Positions 53,848 to 64,000 of a stretch of DNA of 64,000 nucleotides are shown here, piece after piece (position 1 is the first letter of the stretch; every line of letters begins with the position of its first letter). Origin of the DNA: Octopus vulgaris (lineage: Eukaryota); the NCBI GenBank assembly GCA_951406725.2, contig OX597828.1, positions 15,500,001-15,564,000 on the forward strand. Reading direction: 5' to 3'. Position numbers and translations under genes: made by a program. Below the pieces are notes generated by a model. It worked only from the letters and a program-made list of their open reading frames with translations. It was not told the origin of the DNA and did not search any database.

Positions 53848-54153
53848 ACGATAAACGTCGCCGTTTTCAAGCCTAGCTAGGCTCATGGGCCCGGTTTCCC
53901 GGTTTCTGTGGTGTACGTGTTCCCGAAAGCTGGACAGGACGCCAGTCTATCACAGCGTTACTCAAGAAACAGGAAGAGAGAAAGTTGTGGCGAAAGAGTA
54001 CAACAGGGGTCGCCACTATCCCCTTGCCGGAGACTCGTGGAGCTTTTAGGTGTTTTCGGTCAATAAACATACACAACGCTCGGTCTGGGAATCGAAACCG
54101 TGATCCTCCGACCGCGAGTCCGCTGCCCTAACCACTAGGCCATTGCGCCTCCG
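53848..54153 (-). mobile_element. SINE group A with alpha tail
   Basis: TSD TCAATAAAATATA at 53835-53847 and 54154-54166. Confidence 0.9.
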
Positions 54154-54375
54154 TCAATAAAATATAGCTTACAACAAGATGAACATATTTTGTTACTATA
54201 TATTGAATTGAAGGCGGCGAACTGGTAGAATCATCAAAGCGTCGAACAAAATGCCTTTCGCTATTTCTTCCGACTCATTTCGATCTGAGTTCAGATTCCG
54301 CCGGGGTCAACTTTACCTTTCATATCTCTAATGATCAGAAAAGAAGAAAAAATAATCTCATCACTTTCAGATGAA

Positions 54376-54683
54376 GGATCTTTTCGGTTTGAACGGCAGT
54401 TTTTTCTCGCGGTGTCGTATGAAATTGTCACCCATAATTATGACCCTAGTATCGATCTATTGCATTTCAATCTCTTTTAGGGTTAGGGTTAAAGGTGGGG
54501 GGAAGGGTATCTTTTTTTCTTCAGAAATGTAAATAAACCCAATCTGTTTCTTAAACGAGGGACATATTCATACGGCACAGAATGCTTTTTACCTCAATAG
54601 ACGTCACTGATTGGTTGAAATTGCAGAAATTTTAGTTACGTGGAAATTATTTTAAAAAACTGCCGTTCAAACCGAAAAGATCC
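54376..54683. mobile_element. TTAGGG-containing MITE, internally deleted
   Basis: 8-bp TSD CAGATGAA at 54368-54375 and 54684-54691. Confidence 0.92.
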
Positions 54684-55125
54684 CAGATGAAACCTAGACA
54701 AATTTCTTGAAGGGATACCAGATAAGCCACCTTTACCTGCATACATCTCAGTCAACAACAACTCCCTACTTGAAAGGGCTACGATACCACAAAACTTCAC
54801 TTAAAAATATCTTAACAGATCGTATTAGGTGGTGTTATTATGCTAGACATAACTATATTATCTAAGTTATTAGTGACAATCTAATATTTAAAAACAAAAG
54901 GCGATTATCCTAAAATGACAATGGCTAATTTACATTGAGATATCGTGCTTCTACTTCAATTGATAATAGCCCCCATTCTGTTCAGTGAAAAAAAAATGTC
55001 AAGTGCAAAGGGGCTTAATTTCTTTAGAAGTAGATTATTAGAAGTAGAAATTTCGGAAGTGGTATAGCCGCGAAAACAGTAGAAAGATTTTTACCCTTAG
55101 AAGACAAAAAAAAAAATGTTGTCAA

Positions 55126-55200
55126 CTTACGGCTACGGGACTTGAACCCGAACCCTTCTGATACCGGTTGAGGACTTTACTATTAAGTTAAACGGCCCCC
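55126..55200 (-). pseudogene. tRNA-like head (decayed tRNA or SINE head)
   Basis: GGGGCCGTTTAACTTAATAG...GGGTTCAAGTCCC, A/B-box-like. Confidence 0.35.
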
Positions 55201-55479
55201 TAACCGCACTTACTATCAATTTTAACGCTGAATAATGATAGCTTTGGGTATGCTACTACATTTTATAAACAAACTTTTTGGAAGCATCAAGCGTGTTCGG
55301 TATTTTATAGACAAAGAACGTAAACACGGAACAGTATAACCGTGAACACAGCAAAACGATTGGGTATTATACCCTTATATGGAGGAAAAAAGTTGCCAAA
55401 AGATAGCTACGTTTAAAATACATGGAGTTTTATCAGGGAATGAAACTTCGAAGATATACTGTCAACTTTATTAATATTA

Positions 55480-56940
55480 ATAAAGCTACTGTAACACCCA
55501 CCCTTTGTGGTTAGCCATATTGAGATGGCTATTATACTTTACATTGTCGAGCGGTTACTGTTTACATCTCGTTCAGAGATATATTATTGCTTGCAGACAG
55601 TTTTTCGAAATCAGTGACGGAAGTTACTAGAAAAACATTTAAATATTTGCATACAGGCTTTCCCTTTAATCGTAAACCGGTGATTACCGCCCGTTGACAA
55701 GAGGCAACAACCTCGAAACTGCGGTCCGTGCGTATCACTTAAGCTTACGAGAGAGGGATGGCCTCCCTTTGCAAATACCATAAGGGCACAGATAGTGTGC
55801 CTAAAGCCAGCTGGAGACGATGATCTCCTGGGGCTAAAAGCTACAGTAACACCCACCCTTTGTGGTTAGCCATATTGAGATGGCTATTATACTTTACATT
55901 TATTAGTATTATTTAGTAGATAGTCTTTTAAAGTGAAGTATGTTTGTCTGTGTTTTGTTTAGCCCAGAGTTGCCTCTGAGGTAACTGACCAATCGCAAAG
56001 TATTTTCTTCCTGAAATACTGTAAATCTGTGTCTTTCTTTTGATGGAAGTTTGTGGTTTAAGAGAGATTTTCCAAGATCAGCAAGGGCATGCTGAAGCGC
56101 GTCAGATGGAGTCTCAAGAAAGGAAGGAGAGGAGACTTCCCCAAGATCAGCAAATGCATGCTGCAGCACTTAATGCTGAATCATTAAAACGACGTTTTCA
56201 TGATTAGACAGGGGTCCAGTAAAACAACTCTCAGGAACAGACTACGTACAAGATCAGTACAAGAAGACTGTAGTACGTCAAATGGAGTCTCAATACGGAA
56301 GGGAGATGAGACTTTCCCAAGATCCGCAAAGGAACGTCATATGAAATCTCAAAAGAGAAGGGAGATGAACAGTACTAGCAGCTCCTCCCCAACTTTTTAT
56401 GGATCTTCTGGAAGGCACTTCCATTCAATCAAAGAATTTTCTGAACAATATCAGACAATACAATTCTGCATTTCAAATGACATCATTTGGTTCGTCTAAG
56501 GAGATAGTTGAACATGGATTTATGCCAATGTTCAAAGTTCAAGGGCAAGTCTATCACCTCATTGCTTCCCTGTTACCCCAAAAATGAACAACTTTGAGAG
56601 TCATGTAGGACAACAAAGTCGAAGGAGGTGTCAAAACTTTAGACAATGGGTCGTATTAGACGCAGCGTCGACCGCCGCAAAGGAGAGTATATCCACTAAC
56701 AGCTTGGCAGTGCGTTAAAAAATCACATACCCTCCACCCTCAATTTTCCATGACAGGTTAGGATTTAGAATACTCCAAACGGACACATGACATGTCGCTT
56801 AGTCGAATTAGCCCACTATTTACTCCACAAATGTTTTGTTGTAAATGCTTTACTTTCCCATATTACCTGTTTCAACATAACTGTAATATATATACAAACT
56901 ATGCCATTTTAACCCCGAACAACGCCGGGTAACTCTGCTA

Positions 56941-56941
<1 letters not shown>
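55480..56941 (+). mobile_element. Non-autonomous Helitron with Rep/helicase fragments
   Basis: 56399-56587 FLNNIRQYNSAFQMTSFG...FKVQGQVYHLIASLLP (Helitron helicase-like N-terminal motif). 3' end CCCG..CGGG hairpin then CTAG|T at 56938-56942. 5' end not located. Confidence 0.8.
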
Positions 56942-56976
<35 letters not shown>

Positions 56977-57114
56977 TACCCCTACTGCATATATCTCTCA
57001 GATATTTAGAAATGTAATATTTCTATTTTTGTAATCAGTGGATTTATTTCACTAGAATTCTTATATGTTTACAAGGGCTAGACAGGCATCTCCAACTAGC
57101 AGGCCAGGCTAATC

Positions 57115-57152
57115 CAGACTGATGACGAGCAAAGACTCAGAAACTATCTCTG
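57115..57152 (+). ncRNA. Hammerhead-ribozyme-like motif, canonical core
   Basis: CAGA CTGATGA C GAG-CAAAGA-CTC A GAAAC TA TC TCTG. Confidence 0.55.
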
Positions 57153-57336
57153 AATGCAGGCTTAGCTGAGTGGGGGTGCTTGTCTCCCCCTTGTAAACAT
57201 AAGGGCACAGAAAATGTGCCAAGGCCGACAGGAAGCGTTGCTGCTTCCTAGGGCTAAAAAGCAATAGTGTGATTCCCTTCATGAGACTGTCATATTGACA
57301 GTATACAACTACTCTCTCTCTCATTCTCTCTCTCTC

Positions 57337-57735
57337 TGCTTGACAACCGATGCTGGTGTGTTTACGTCCCCGTCACTTAGCGGTTCGGCAAAAGAGACCG
57401 ATAGAATAAGTACTGGGCTTACAAAGAATAAGTCCCGTGGTCGATTTGCTCGACTAAAGGCGGTGCTCCAGCATGGCCGCAGTCAATTGACTGAAACAAG
57501 TAAAAGAGTAAAGAGTATATGTTTTATTAGTTCCCCATCACGACTTGACAATCGGTGTTGGTGTGTCTATGTCCTCGTAACTTAGCAGCTCGGCAAAAAG
57601 ATCGATAGAATAAGTACCAGGCTTTAAAGAAAGAAAAAAAAAAGGTACTGGGTGTTGATTCGTTCGATTAAAAATTCTTCAAGGATGTGTCCCAGCATGG
57701 CCGTAGTCTAATGCTTGAAACAAGTAAAAGATAAA
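57337..57735 (+). mobile_element. Two tandem SINE group B 3' halves
   Basis: 57337-57515 and 57535-57735. Confidence 0.82.
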
Positions 57736-58366
57736 ACTTCCTACATGAGGTGAACAGGTTTGCATTTCTTTCCCACATGTACCGACCCCCCCACCCTTAC
57801 TCATTACAATTCTTTTTATTAATCAGTATTTCTTCATTTTATTCCGATATGCCTGGAGGATTCTCATTTTCTTTCGACATACAAAAAATAAATAAATTAA
57901 TTAATAAAATAAAGACAAAACAAAAAACTCTCAGAATTTACACCGCAAAAAGGTAAATAAAAGAAATTAAAATATCTAGAAAATAATAAATAATAAATAA
58001 AAATAAAAATCTAGAAATAAAAAGAATAAAAAAAATAAAAACAAATATCTAGCAATAAAAAATATATAAAATTTCTACTTGGAAAAATCTACATTTTTCT
58101 AATTTCTTTTAGTATTTCCTCTAGCTTTTTTTTCTCATCAATATACTTTATTGTTAATAGTAGAATATGATAAAGCAAATGAAATTCAAACACCAAATTA
58201 AATTTGTTGAAGTTGGTTATGAAAATTCTGCCAAGTAGTAAAACGAAGAAAATTTCAGTGTAAAAATGGAATTTGTAGAAATTTAATACAATACTTTCCC
58301 TAAAGAATAATTTTCATGTTTCTTAACTTTCATCTTTTTTTCCCTCCCACATCGAGTTTTTATAAA

Positions 58367-58436
<70 letters not shown>

Positions 58437-58634
58437 TTCTGCTGAAATGATTAAATTTGAGTGAAATCAATTGGAAAACAATGTAAAGATAAATAAATAG
58501 ATAAATAAAAAATAAAATGAAATAAGAATGAATTGAAATGAAAATAAAATAGAATAACAATAAAAATAAAATAAAAAATCAATAAAAGTAGAATAAAATA
58601 TAAAAAAAAGAACGAATATATATAAAAAGATGTA

Positions 58635-59212
58635 ATAATCTTTTCTGCTTTAGGCACAAAATTTTTGGGTAGGGGGCCAGTCAATTAGATCGACCCCAGT
58701 ACGCAACTGGTACTTAGTTTATCGACCCAGAAAGGATGATAGGCAAAGTGGATCTCGGCGGAATTTGAACTCAGAACGTAAAGACGAACGAAATACCTAT
58801 TTCTTTACTACCCACAAAGGGCTACACACAGAAGGGACAAACAAGGACAGACAAACGGATTAAATAGTTTATATCGACCCCAGTGCGTAACTGGTACTTA
58901 TTTAATCTACCCCGAAAGGATGAAAGCCAAAGTCGACCTTAGCGGAATTTGAACTCAGAACGTAGCGGCAGACGAAATACCTATTTCTTTACTACCCACA
59001 AGGGGCTAAACACAGAGAGGACAAACAAGGACAGACAAACGGATTAAATAGTTTATATCCACCCCAGTGCGTAACTGGTACTTATTTAATCGACCCCGAA
59101 AGGATGAAAGGCAAAGTCGACCTCGGTGGAATTTGAACTCAGAACGTAGCGGCAGACGAAATACCGCAGAGCATTTCACCCGGCGTGCTAACGTTTCTGC
59201 CAGCTCGCCGCC
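58635..59212 (-). mobile_element. SINE group C, head plus 3 units (last with alternative tail)
   Basis: Junctions near 58797 and 58981. Confidence 0.9.
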
Positions 59213-59502
59213 GTGAAAGATGTGAATATTGATTATTTATTAGTCAACGACGCGTCACGTCATCGAAGATTACGTCTTTGCATCCGATCGTGTAATATTC
59301 TTGATGACAATAACATCTGTAAATTTTCTCCAGGCTTTTATTTAGTACAAGAAATGCTTCACCTATATTCTTGCCTTCTTCTGTCATGTGTGTGTGTGTG
59401 TGCGCGCACGCGCTTGTGTCTGTGTGTATGCGTGCGTGTGTATATGCGTATGTTTGTGTATTTGTGGTATCTTTTCTCCAACTTTTCCTTATATGTTATA
59501 TT

Positions 59503-59718
59503 TCTCTTTTATCTTTTACTTGTTTTAGTTGTCAGATTGCGGCCATGCTGGAGCACTGCTTTGAAGAATGTTTAGTCGAATGAATCGACTTATTATTGTT
59601 TTAAAAGCCCGGTACTAATTCTATCGATCTTTTTGCCGAACTGCTAAGTTACGGGGGACGTAGACACACCAATACCGGTTATCAAGTGGTGGTGGTGGGA
59701 GACAAACACAGATACAAA

Positions 59719-59759
<41 letters not shown>

Positions 59760-59936
59760 TTATGACGAGCTTCTTTGCTTCTTTGAGTTTCCGTTTCCCA
59801 ATTCCACTCAGAAGGCTTTGGTCGGTCTGAGACCATAGCAGAAGACACAAGCTCAAAATGCCACATCCAGTGGGATTGAACCTAGAACCATGTGGTTGGG
59901 AAGCAAACTTCTTAGCACAAAGTCACACCTGCGCCT
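59503..59936 (-). mobile_element. SINE group B, diverged
   Basis: Head and tail recognisable. Confidence 0.82.
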
Positions 59937-59994
59937 TTACGCTTTCTTCTGTCTGCATCTAATCAAGGATATAAGCTAATGTCCAACGCTTTAC

Positions 59995-60452
59995 TGTTGT
60001 TTAGCCATTGGACAGCCTGGCTCAGGCAGCCTATGCATGATCAAAGACAAAGTCCATCTACCACCATCTCTCTTTTTATTTAGACATCATGTATCTAGGG
60101 GTGGAGCAACCTCGATAAAGTAGCCCTATGATCACAGATGTTCCATCTATGATCACTTCGCTTATTTTCAGACAACATGTCTCTAAGGGCAGCAAACTCT
60201 GATCAAGAGCCTTATGATCGAAGATGGTCCATGTATGCCTATCCCGCTTTTTTCAACTTTCATATATTTAGGTAGAGGGCAGCCTTGATCAAACAGCTCT
60301 GTGATAAAACAAACAAACTGTCCTAGTTTCTTTTTCAGGCATTATTCGACTAGGTGGTGGGGTAGCCTCGATTACGTACCCTTATGATAAAAGATGGGCC
60401 TTCTATGACCATTTCGCTTTATTTATTTTTCCGACATCATATATCTAGGACT
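59995..60452. repeat. Old degenerate tandem array (about 85-90-bp units)
   Basis: Recurrent TATGATCA(A/C)AGA and TATCTAGG motifs; related pieces at 41160-41260 and 41780-42170. Confidence 0.55.
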
Positions 60453-60489
60453 CACTTGGTAAAGGATGCGTGGTGTTCGATCATATAAT

Positions 60490-60963
60490 AATATAAATAT
60501 ATGCATATATACATACATATATGTACATACCTACATATATATGTATATATATATACATGCATATATGGGTACAGGACATAAAAAAACGTTGAACACAATG
60601 AGAAACAAAAACATAAAAACAAAAACATAGAAAACGACCTTTTTTTCGAACAACGAAAAAAAACAAACACAGAAACGATACATGCAACATAAAGAGCTTT
60701 CACTCTCCGCAAAAAGTCCCAAATTTTATTTAATTTGCTTTGAGGGAAGGACTGTTTCAACGAAGTCGCATATTGTCCTTGCCTTCGGTACGCGGAGTAG
60801 ATGAAACAGGGACAACTGATGAAGAGGAATATTATTTATGTTGCATATCTCGTTTCTCTGTTTCGTTTTCTATGTTTTCGTTTCTCATTGTGTTCTATGT
60901 TTTTGGGATGTCCTGTACCCATATATGCATGTATATATACATATATATGTAAGTATGTATATA

Positions 60964-60970
<7 letters not shown>
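60490..60970. repeat. Diverged inverted pair of the 39065-39300 repeat family
   Basis: GGGTACAGGACA...CACAATGAGAAAC versus GTTTCTCATTGTG...TGTCCTGTACCC. Confidence 0.7.
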
Positions 60971-61008
<38 letters not shown>

Positions 61009-61041
61009 GGGTGTGTGTGCGTGTGTGTGTGTGTGTGTGCA

Positions 61042-61275
61042 CAGCGGGGTGGAAAAGTAAGTATCGCATCAATGTTATAATAATTAATTAATTATAATTA
61101 TTAGTACATTAAATTAGTTAGCTTCATTTTTGATATTTTCAGTGTCATTAATCATAATTATACATTTATCATTACTATAACAATACTTTGATCGTAACTT
61201 TTAATTTCTTTGATAAAAATAAATGAGTACGTGTTTTCTGTTTCATAACTGAATATCTACTTTTGCACCACCCTG
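61042..61275. mobile_element. Old Tc1-like MITE
   Basis: CAGCGGGGTGGAAAAGTA ... TACTTTTGCACCACCCTG-TA. Confidence 0.5.
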
Positions 61276-61474
61276 TATGTGTCTAAGATATTTTCCCAAT
61301 TTCTATTCCTGCATGTTTTAATAATTACTGGTATCTTTATATTATATATGTAAAGCATAATATGTTATACATGTATGTATGTTGTTGTAATTGTCATTTT
61401 AGTAAATAAATTAATAAATTGACATAATATAATGTCTAAAAGTTGATGAATTTGATCCCCTCCATTTTCTTATT

Positions 61475-61549
<75 letters not shown>

Positions 61550-61550
<1 letters not shown>

Positions 61551-61800
61551 CGTGTGTGCGTGTGAGTCTTTGTGTCTGTGTTTGTGACCCCACCATCGCT
61601 TGACAACCGATGTTGGCGTGTTTACGTCCCCGCAAATTAGCGGTTCGGCAAAGAGAGACCGATAGAATAAATACTAGGCTTACAAAAAATAAGTCCTGGA
61701 GTCGATTTGTTCTACTAAAAAAAAAACTCTTTAAAGGCGATGCTCCAGCATGGCCGCAGTCAAATGACTGAAACAAGTAAAAGAATAAAAGAATAAAAAG
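61550..61800 (+). mobile_element. SINE group B, 3' half
   Basis: As other copies. Confidence 0.85.
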
Positions 61801-62821
61801 AATTTCGTGCAATGTAAGAGAAACAAAATACTTTTGGTATGTATCACTGCGCCTTTTTTTAATGTGCTCACTCCCACTAACTTTAAACTTGGTTACGTTT
61901 CTGACACTACACATCAATTGTAGAAAAAAATCACAGCTGTTTGTGTAAGGTTGTAGCATTTCATATTTTCACGCTGGCTTGAAGTATTTCCTTTAATTAC
62001 GTTTCAGCTTCTTTACGTACAACTTGTTAAAAAAATATACCATTACTGGGACCAGTTTTTCTTTATCTTCTGGTTTCCATATTCCGTGACTAATTGCTCA
62101 GGACATTGACCAAGAATGCGTTAATTTGTGTCGAGGTCGTTCGCTTGTTGCAAAATGTATGCGTCATATTGCGTCTCTGTATTTAGTTTTTTGATCTTTT
62201 CGTATATGTTGGCTCAGTTTACTATGATGCACCGCATGCAGCATAGCAAAATTTTATTTCCTCTTCTCAAAGGTGGAAGGATGGGAGGAACGGTAAGACG
62301 AGAACAGTAAAATATTTTGCGTTACTTAGTTTCAATTTTTTACGTTGTAAGTTCGAATCACATTTTGTCTTTCGTTTTCCTGGGGCCAATAACATGAATA
62401 ATTGGAGTTGATTTTAACCCACATCTACCCGGGTCCCATTGTCTAACTTTATTCTCCACCTGGGCTCCTGAGCAAAAAAATAAATAGTTACATATACAGC
62501 TCAAGAATAATGATTGCAGGCAAGCTAATGGACAGAATCAGCTGCATTTTCTTTTTCTACGTGTGTTGTGCATTACCGCTTTACCGGGAATCCAGCAGAA
62601 ATGATGTTCAACCTATTCCTGCTACAGCGGGAATACGGCGTGACGATGTTAATCGAGCCTTTTCTATAGCGTTAATGCTAGCAATAAATATTTAATTTCT
62701 TTGATTTGCAAACTCAATAGAGCAATGATAACTGTAGAGAAATGTGTAACTGTACTACTAATTCCACTTGGGTAAATTTTGTATCTAATTTTTACTGGTC
62801 AGTAAAAAAAAAAAAAAAAAA

Positions 62822-62970
62822 GGCGTAGGAGTGGCTGTGTGGTAAGTAGCTTGCTTACCAATCACATGGTTCCGGATTCAGTCCAACTGCGTGGCACCTT
62901 GGGCAAGTGTCTTCTACTACAGCCTCGGGCCGATCAAAGCCTTGTGAGTAGATTTGGTAAACGGAAACTT
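62822..62970 (+). mobile_element. SINE group B, 5' half
   Basis: GGCGTAGGAGTGGCTGTGTGGTAAG. Confidence 0.85.
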
Positions 62971-63129
62971 GCTTCTTTATATTTAAATTTTTAAGTATAA
63001 TTTTTTCAACAAATGTTATTCAATAAAATGAAACTAAAAGATACTAATGATTTGTTTTATTATATGTCTTTTATTATTATAAACTTTTATTATTATTAAA
63101 GTGTTTGTTAACATGCCAATACAATACTT

Positions 63130-63730
63130 AGAGGAATTTCGTTCTATTTTACCCTCTGAGTTCAAATTGCCTCGTGGTCGACTCTGCCTTTTATTCTTTC
63201 GGGATCGATAAAATAAATACCAGTTGAGCACTGGGGCTGATGTCACCGACTAGCGTCCTTCCACAAAGTTTCGAATTTTGTCAAAATCTGAAGCCATTAT
63301 TAAAGTATTGGGTAACACGAAGGACAAAATGTTTTGCGGCATGTCTTCTGGCTTCTCGCTCTGGTCGACTTTGCCTTTTATCCTTTCGGTGTCGATAAAA
63401 TAAGTACCAGTTTCGCACTGGGGTCGATGTTATCGACTTGCCCCCTCCCATCAATTTTCAGGCTTTGTGCCTATAATAGAAAAGGATGATTATTAAAGTA
63501 TTGATTTGGTTGGTGAAAGGGAAACATCATTAAAGCATCGGCAAAAAATCCTTACGGTGTATGTTTTGGCCCTTTACGTTCTGAGCTCAAATCCCGCCAA
63601 GATTAACTTTACCTTTCATCCCCCCGGGGTTGGTAAAATAAAATACCAGTTAAATACTTGAGTCGATAGCACTGACTAATCCCCACCTTTTGAAATTGCC
63701 GGCCTTGTGCCTAAATCAGAGACCATTATT
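63130..63730 (+). mobile_element. Three diverged group C SINE pieces in tandem
   Basis: Repeated GTCGAT..AATAAGTACCAGTT and alternative tail. Confidence 0.7.
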
Positions 63731-63784
63731 TAAAAAAATGTAGAATCGTAAGTGCCGGACGAAATGCTCTACATTAATTATTTC

Positions 63785-63999
63785 GGTTTGGCTTAATAGT
63801 TAGGGCATTCGATTAATGATCACAAGGTCGTGAGTTCGATATCCGGTGAAGCGTTGTGTTCTTGAGCAAGACATTTTATTTCACGCGGCTCAGGTCCACT
63901 CAGCTGGCAAAAATGAGTAGTACCTGTATTTCAAAGGGCCAGCTGTGTCACATTCTGTGCCATGCTGTATCTCCCTGAGAATTACGTTAAGGGTACACA
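63785..63999 (+). mobile_element. SINE head D with beta tail (runs off the window)
   Basis: GAGTTCGAT, TCTTGAGCAAGAC, CACTCAGCTG, GTACCTGTATTTCAAAGGG. Confidence 0.82.
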
Positions 64000-64000
64000 T

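Noticed and set aside
60785-60840. CTGATGA (and CTGAAGA near 39097) as a hammerhead
   Set aside because: No downstream GAAA closing a stem II, and no convincing stem I in the permuted reading

Overview
AT-rich, microsatellite-saturated animal DNA with no intact protein-coding gene. The tRNA-derived SINE repertoire looks like octopus; this is an inference from family motifs, not a database result. Almost every ORF in the supplied track is a translated microsatellite or SINE. Real content: (i) dozens of SINEs from three main groups, with shuffled heads and tails and tandem arrays; (ii) decayed LINEs: RTE-like RT 31.9-33.3 kb, RTE 3' end 42.6-42.9 kb, CR1-like 3' end 1.3 kb, and two L1/Tx1-like 3' ends inside (TATC)n; (iii) a decayed Penelope-like (GIY-YIG) element and a Helitron remnant; (iv) MITEs, including six copies of a GG-terminated, TTAGGG-containing element, three of them with 8-bp TSDs; (v) a 4.4/4.9-kb head-to-tail tandem duplication (4715-14039); (vi) a candidate non-coding exon. 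The most striking signal is about 14 minimal hammerhead-ribozyme-like folds plus several half-motifs. Many lie in short inserts in or near (TA)n, several at the apex of long DNA palindromes. They include C3-G8, G3-C8 and U3-A8 cores (compensatory change at the 3-8 pair) and a recurrent A6U variant. Two SINE-LINE 3'-tail partnerships are also visible. All motifs were read by eye; no folding or searches were run.
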